Below, piece by piece: positions 58,141 through 64,000 of a DNA stretch of 64,000 nucleotides. The position numbers and the translations under genes are program-made. The DNA is from Epithemia pelagica (taxonomy: Eukaryota; Protista; Bacillariophyta), in assembly GCA_946965045.2 (NCBI GenBank), contig OX337236.1, forward strand, positions 2,542,001 through 2,606,000, read 5' to 3'. The notes beneath the pieces were generated by a model. The model did not search any database. It saw only the letters and a program-made list of their open reading frames with translations, and was not told the DNA's origin. Position 1 is the first letter of the stretch. The number at the start of each line of letters is the position of its first letter.

Positions 58141-59114
58141 GGTGTGTCAATTGGAAACCAATTTACAAAGGACAAAAGAGGACCGTCAGCACCAAAAATC
58201 CTAAAGCACGTAGTGTTTGACTTTTCGATGGGCTGATTTGGGCTGGTTTTATGGAGAGAGAACGATACTCTGACGAAGAAGGCGAGACGGTCTTGGTGGG
58301 AAGGAGGAAAGTGAAAACCGTGTGTTCCCGTGTCTATCAGGAAGATTGTCAAGAAAGACCGCTCACGATTTCAATCGGTATGGAATGGACTTGATATTTC
58401 CGTTGATTTATATGGTTTGGCCCACTCCCAGCTGTAATTTTGTTTGGATGCTGAATAGCTGATCCTGAATGCGAGATCTCTTCCTTTCTTGCTTCTTGTG
58501 TTTTCTCTCCGTCTCTTGTGGATGTTCGCCACTTTGTCGCAAATTGTATGGACTGAAAGGTCGGTATGCGTGCATGGGGACTTTCACGCAAGCCGGTGAG
58601 GTATCTGTTATCATTGATGTGCCGGCGCGCACTCGTTGATGATTTCAAATAAAAACGGTCACACTTTTTGCTTTACGTGTTTGCTGTTTGCATCTATCTT
58701 GGAGCAGTCGATCAACGACCGACAAACGACAACCTTTTCTCCCACATTGTAGACAAGAATCGCTCTGCTTCTCTATTGGTCGTTTTCTCGTTGAAGCGTC
58801 AACATCCAATCATTACGTGTCTGTCAAAGCGGGTAATCTGCGGCTTTCAGGTGGAACATCGCCATTGATTTGCACGGCGGAGGGAATCTTCACCTCCTAA
58901 CCTTCTGTGTCACACCTGGAAAATTGAGATTAAAAGTGGGTGCCCCATCTTCCTTCTGATTCATCAGGATCGAAAGAGAAAGTGCTTCATTATATTCCGT
59001 TGGTGGGAAATCTCAGGTTGGAAGCGTCTCGCTTTTTGTGCCAACTATCATTTGATAATTGGAAACCTGTTGCTGCTTCCTTCCTGTTCCTAAACATCTA
59101 TTTTCTACCTAGCC

Positions 59115-61973
59115 ATGATGGATCATCACCATTTGGCTTTCATGTCAAAAATGTTTCCCAAGACAACCAAGAATCAAGACGGGGAAACTGGTAAGGACAA
59201 TCATGCTCGCGGCAGCAGTGCCACAGACGGAGGGGTGGACGTGGCCATTCGAAGTTTCGATACAAATGGAAGCCAGGATCAATCCTGGAACTCTGAAAGC
59301 ACTTCGGCTGTCATTGACAGTTTTTCCGGCGTTCTTCTCCAAAGCAAATTCCATCAGGCTGCTACGAAAACGGATACAGGCGCTAAACCCAATTTGACGA
59401 TTGCAACAACAGGCACGGGAATCGAGGGTAAACCAAGCGCATCAAGAACTCCCGTCACAGAAGCTTCCACTCCTTCCACACTTGGCACCCTCCATCCTGC
59501 TATTGAAGAGGATGAACATGAACCGCCGGTGACGAATGCTGTCGCATCCCATACAGACTCACCTGAAAATGGCACGCAGCGGCTACCGGACTCTAAGGAT
59601 GCGAGCCCTCTTCCTTCCACTACGGCCATGCCTGCTAAGCTGCTTGCTACTCACTGCTCTCCGAATCAAGATGTAACGACTCCAACTGGGAAGGGTGGCA
59701 CATCGACAGGAACAGATGAAGATGATGGGGACAAATCCCCGTCATGCTCGTCGCGTCTATTTCAGGGAAGCGGCAAAGCCAAGGCAAGTAGTGAACTGTC
59801 TTCCAACAAAGAGGTTGTGTCTCAAGGAACATCATCCATCTCGGCGAGACGCTCCACATCCATTTCTCCCAGCAAGGCCAGTCGCATGAAAAACCGCAAG
59901 AAGCCTCCGCGCACTTCCCATCCACCTAAACCTAATAATACAGGAGCCACAGCACCTCCGACATCCACTGCGAATACAAGTCCTCGTCGAGGCATAATGC
60001 GTCGAGTGTCATTGGGAGGTCGCCGATCGCGGTCCATATCGGCACCACGTGCCGGTCGAGATGAAACGAAGGACCGTGGTCCTTCGAACTCAACTGTGAA
60101 TAGCAAGAATGGTCAGGTCCTCGAAACTCGGCCAGGGCCGCGTTCGTCGATAGACAACAGTACCATCACCATGGAAGAATTTGTTCACAAATCTAGCCGC
60201 ATGCAATCTTTTTTGGGACATGCCTGGCAGCATGTCAAGCATGCAACTGTGAACAGCAATCGTGAGGAAGCCACAATGGCAAATCCACGAGGCAGCAAGG
60301 CTCTGAAGAAGAAACGCCGACGCCGTGGAAGTCTTACGGCCGCCAAGGCAACTTCAGCCGCAAGTGTGGTTCCGGAACCTGGGCAACGCTCTGAAGTCAT
60401 GGTCCAAGAACCTGCCAATCAAGGTGCAGACAGTGAAGGTGGAGCCTCGCGTTTCATTCGTGAACAAACGACCGAAATATGGCGCCTCAAACAGCAGTTG
60501 GAACAAGCTCAAGAAGAGGTCACATCGCTGAAAAGCACTCACGACAATTTACGCATTGAATTCCAAGCCAGTCAGAACCGGGCCCAGCGTGCTCAGACAG
60601 CACTTCGTCTAGCTCAGGATTCGGTCCGTTCGGCACGAGCCGAAGCTGACGCAGCCGAGACCACGGCGGCGCATCTGGCACAACAACTGCAAGATTTGCA
60701 TACTGTTGTGGAAGAAACCAAAAAGGCCAGTCTCCTTTTGCAACAGGAACAAGAGATGGTGGAGAAAAAGGTCAACCGAGCTGAAACAGCGTTGCATCAT
60801 AAAGGATTAGAATTGTCACGAGCCCACAACAAGCTCACGCAACATCAGAAGCAAGATGAATTGTTCCACTCAGCGCAAAATGCTTGGGACCGACAACAGG
60901 AAACTTTGCAAGCTCAGTTGACGGAAAAAATGAAATTGTTACACACCTTGGAACAGCAGCACCATGAGTCCAATGCCTTGGCAGAGGCTCGATTGGAGCG
61001 GTTGCAAAAAATGCAAGACGAATGGCAGCAAGCCCAGTCACTCCTGGAAGAAGCCACTCAAAGCAAGTTGGAAACGCAACAAACCGTTGTTCAACTGTCG
61101 GAAGCCATTGAACAGTTGCAATTGGCAAATGGTACTCTGCACAAACAATTGGAGTCTGCACAGTCGAGTAACCATGAACAAAAGACCATTCAACAAGAGG
61201 CGCTCTACAAGGCGGAACGGGCCACCTTGCAGGCCAGGATTCAGCAGGAGGCGTTGGAGGAAGAATTGACGCGTCTTCAACATCAAATCAAGCAACAACA
61301 ACAACAACATCAGCAGATCCAACGTCGAGCGGCCCGCAGCTCAGTTCTTTCCACTAAAAACGATTCTGCCGACCATGTGGTTCCTCGTTTCTCATTGCCT
61401 CCTCTCTCGTCATCGTCATCGGTTCAGAATAAAGGTGTTCGTGACAACAATGATGACGACAAGGAGAATGGGGCACCCGCCACACCTGCTGGACCTCGAC
61501 GTGAATCTATGACTGCTACTCCATTGGCGAGCAATAAGAATGTGGAGAATCGAAAGAGTGCTAACGACATTGCTGATGTGATGGCAACACCGACCACAAG
61601 CAATTGTACCAAAAGGCCAGTGGAAATGAACGATGCGGCGAGCGAAACTGGCTCAACGGTGTCTCGTGCCAGTGTCGGTGCTGTCAACAACGCTTCCAAG
61701 GTAGAGACTTGTACCATTTGCGGTGGCATGGCGTATGGGTTGATGAAACGTTGTCAGTGTGGGCGTGTCTCTTGTTCGTTCCGTGCCCACTTGTCGTGTG
61801 CCAACCAATTGCCCTTGTCGAGCAAGGCGAGTTTGTCTCATCCGGGAGCCCCTACGGTGCGCACGGCCTTGGTCCTCTGCCAAGCAGTTCCGGACAGTGG
61901 TAGCTGCAATATCGAAAAGACAGACAAAACCGCGTCTCCGGTGGAAGCCTCCGGCAGTTCGGTCCCGCCGTAA
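59115..61973 (+). CDS. Large disordered/coiled-coil protein with C-terminal Cys/His zinc finger
   Basis: 952-aa ORF; heptads in the middle third; CTICGG...CQCGRVSCSFRAHLSC (PHD/RING-variant-like). Confidence 0.8.
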   Translation: MMDHHHLAFMSKMFPKTTKNQDGETGKDNHARGSSATDGGVDVAIRSFDTNGSQDQSWNSESTSAVIDSFSGVLLQSKFHQAATKTDTGAKPNLTIATTGTGIEGKPSASRTPVTEASTPSTLGTLHPAIEEDEHEPPVTNAVASHTDSPENGTQRLPDSKDASPLPSTTAMPAKLLATHCSPNQDVTTPTGKGGTSTGTDEDDGDKSPSCSSRLFQGSGKAKASSELSSNKEVVSQGTSSISARRSTSISPSKASRMKNRKKPPRTSHPPKPNNTGATAPPTSTANTSPRRGIMRRVSLGGRRSRSISAPRAGRDETKDRGPSNSTVNSKNGQVLETRPGPRSSIDNSTITMEEFVHKSSRMQSFLGHAWQHVKHATVNSNREEATMANPRGSKALKKKRRRRGSLTAAKATSAASVVPEPGQRSEVMVQEPANQGADSEGGASRFIREQTTEIWRLKQQLEQAQEEVTSLKSTHDNLRIEFQASQNRAQRAQTALRLAQDSVRSARAEADAAETTAAHLAQQLQDLHTVVEETKKASLLLQQEQEMVEKKVNRAETALHHKGLELSRAHNKLTQHQKQDELFHSAQNAWDRQQETLQAQLTEKMKLLHTLEQQHHESNALAEARLERLQKMQDEWQQAQSLLEEATQSKLETQQTVVQLSEAIEQLQLANGTLHKQLESAQSSNHEQKTIQQEALYKAERATLQARIQQEALEEELTRLQHQIKQQQQQHQQIQRRAARSSVLSTKNDSADHVVPRFSLPPLSSSSSVQNKGVRDNNDDDKENGAPATPAGPRRESMTATPLASNKNVENRKSANDIADVMATPTTSNCTKRPVEMNDAASETGSTVSRASVGAVNNASKVETCTICGGMAYGLMKRCQCGRVSCSFRAHLSCANQLPLSSKASLSHPGAPTVRTALVLCQAVPDSGSCNIEKTDKTASPVEASGSSVPP

Positions 61974-62604
61974 AAGAGACCCTTTGTCCTTAGTGTGCAG
62001 ACATTTCGTGAAAGTCTACATATTAGAATGAGTAGTTTGTGTTTTGTCTTTCACATGATACGGATAGGAGAAATGAATTCTTCTTGGTCAGAGGAGGAAG
62101 GACACATACTCTTGCAAGACAAAGCGTTAGCTAATCCTGGTCAATGCAGTCAATAGGGTGATAGCTCTCATTCTCATAGCTGATAGAGTCGCTTGAAAAT
62201 CTCATCTTTCAAAATCGTGATCGCGCGCCAGGCATCCGATATAGTTACTATTTACAACAGTGAATCTGAGTTTGATTTTAAGTAATAGCACGCATGCGGA
62301 CGCAATGGCACGCATGCGGACGCGTGGAGGATATGGCGATGGATTCAGACCTCCACAATTTCGGCAAATCCTCACGAACGCACACAAGAAAGAGACGAGA
62401 CATCAGCTCTTTGCCGCGATGCTCTTTTCGTTTACTCTCACATATTGCTTGTTTGGAGTCTCCACTTTCAAAGACCAGACAAGATTTGACAGTTTTGCAA
62501 AGAGATCCCCTGGTGTTTCCACATGCATTTTTTGTCAGCTTTGTTGAGACAACACTGCTATTCAAACCTACAAAAAAGTGTCTCTGGAAAAATTAGAACC
62601 CACC

Positions 62605-63504
62605 ATGTCGACAACCAGCGCCCATTCCTCGTCTGGTTCTACCAACGTGGCGACTCCAGAAATGGTCGTTGTTGTGACCGATCCCTCCGAAACGAGTAGT
62701 GTTCCGACCATCACCACCACCACTCCCACTGGGACGTTCCTTCCCTCCTCCTTTTCCAGTTCTGGCTCAGTGCTTTCGCCGTCCGAAACGTCAGTATCAT
62801 CATCATCGTCGTCGTCATCCTCATCTTCTGTGTCAATGACCATGCCAACCGTTTCCAACGTCAACAACAAGCGACAATGGCAAGAAAAGTTTCAGGGATG
62901 GTCTTCTTCCTCAACCTTGCGTTCCTGGGTTGGTACTACCGGTAGTGAGATATCACCAACTCACTCGAGTACAACCTCGCCGACTGCAGCCTCAGTGTCG
63001 TCGTCATCGTCGTCCAGTTCACCAACGTCGAGTAGTACTTCCCCGGTGTCGACCAATGCAACGTCCCCCACTTCGTTGGCATCGACTCCTACTTCTGTGG
63101 CATCGACGACGACAACGACACGTACTAGCTTTTACAAGTATTCTTCCATGACAACGGCATGGTTGCGCGCTCAGGCCAAACAACGTCACTCCCACTCTCG
63201 CGAGAAGGAGAACGAGCAGGAGCGCCAACACCAACACTTGATGCATCAAGTCCAGCAAGTGGTAGTAGACCATGTCGTGTTGCAAGAATTGCAAGCGTGC
63301 TTGCGTCACGAACACGCCGTGACCAATGCCCGATTGCAGTGTACCGTGCCGCACAAATTGGTGGAAATTTATCAGCGACGACAACAAGAGGCGGCACTGT
63401 CTTCAACACGACAAGACGAAAAAGAAGAACTCATCACATTCAACAGCGGTAACCTTGCTCCATCGGCCCTGGACTCCCACCGGTCCATTGCCGTGGCTCC
63501 TTAA
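62605..63504 (+). CDS. Hypothetical Ser/Thr-rich protein
   Basis: Open frame from CACCATG at 62605; low complexity; may be spliced further. Confidence 0.55.
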   Translation: MSTTSAHSSSGSTNVATPEMVVVVTDPSETSSVPTITTTTPTGTFLPSSFSSSGSVLSPSETSVSSSSSSSSSSSVSMTMPTVSNVNNKRQWQEKFQGWSSSSTLRSWVGTTGSEISPTHSSTTSPTAASVSSSSSSSSPTSSSTSPVSTNATSPTSLASTPTSVASTTTTTRTSFYKYSSMTTAWLRAQAKQRHSHSREKENEQERQHQHLMHQVQQVVVDHVVLQELQACLRHEHAVTNARLQCTVPHKLVEIYQRRQQEAALSSTRQDEKEELITFNSGNLAPSALDSHRSIAVAP

Positions 63505-63744
63505 GTGGAGTGTGTGCAGTGGAGCGCTTCCTTCCGAAAGACAACACGTCTGTTTGAAACAGCACGCGTATGTTACTTTTTGGACCGCGTTTCCAAGTGA
63601 CGGTAGAGTTTGCTTTTTTCTAAAAAAACTAGTTTAGCAGACATGTTTTCCATTGCCGGTTGCGTCCAGTGTATCATTGAGAAACGGGAGTCCTGATGAG
63701 GCCACCCGAGTCAAGTCCAATTCACGCCGGTGCAGGCTGTAGTA

Positions 63745-63999
63745 TTACACGGTCACTAGCATCACTTTGGATGACGAAGTGTCTGCTGTGTTGCCTGGAT
63801 CCGTCTCTTGGAACGAGGAGGACGCTGTGTAAGATGGCGACACGGTCACAGAAGGAGGGCGAGTTGTAGACGTTTCCTTAAGGAGAGTCATGGATTCTCG
63901 ACCTTCTTGTTTGGATGCTCTCTTTTGTTGTTGTTGATTCGATTGATTCAGATCCGAAAGGCGTTGGGCCAAGGCTTGTTGTTGTGCAATTTGATGGCG
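63745..63999 (-). CDS. 3' end of a gene that begins beyond the window
   Basis: Frame open from the window edge (RHQIAQQQALAQRL...) to the stop at 63745. Confidence 0.5.
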   Translation of the reverse strand, partial: RHQIAQQQALAQRLSDLNQSNQQQQKRASKQEGRESMTLLKETSTTRPPSVTVSPSYTASSSFQETDPGNTADTSSSKVMLVTV

Positions 64000-64000
64000 A

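Overview
Eukaryotic DNA, most likely a pennate diatom. Evidence: an LHC/FCP gene with an ASAFAP presequence, short GT-AG introns and CoDi-type Ty1/copia elements. Two gene-dense host blocks flank a ~31 kb repeat island. Block 1 (0.8-15.9 kb): M32 carboxypeptidase, cyclophilin, LHC, YjbQ, PrmA, DUF1995, ACBP, DUF1295. Block 2 (47.9-64 kb): PDZ, FAM210, Hook and coiled-coil proteins. The island resolves into nested events. (1) Copia B (29584-47320, TSD GTTTC) inserted into a ~240-bp tandem repeat. (2) Its 5' LTR is split by a 3.33-kb cargo carrying an intact Crinkler/HNH-like ORF plus 5'-truncated DUF1350 and threonine aldolase fragments. (3) Copia C (34708-43027, minus strand, TSD CCTGT) is nested in the gag of B. 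(4) Copia A (23402-28921, no TSD) sits exactly between two copies of a 3.4-kb duplication. None of the three elements shows a canonical TGG-type PBS. B has a perfect 14-nt fold-back to its own LTR at the PBS position (self-priming or cyclization candidate). A has a 14-nt LTR-leader inverted repeat. C has a PBS resembling the complement of a tRNA-Asn anticodon arm. All family assignments come from motif recognition by eye; no database searches were run.
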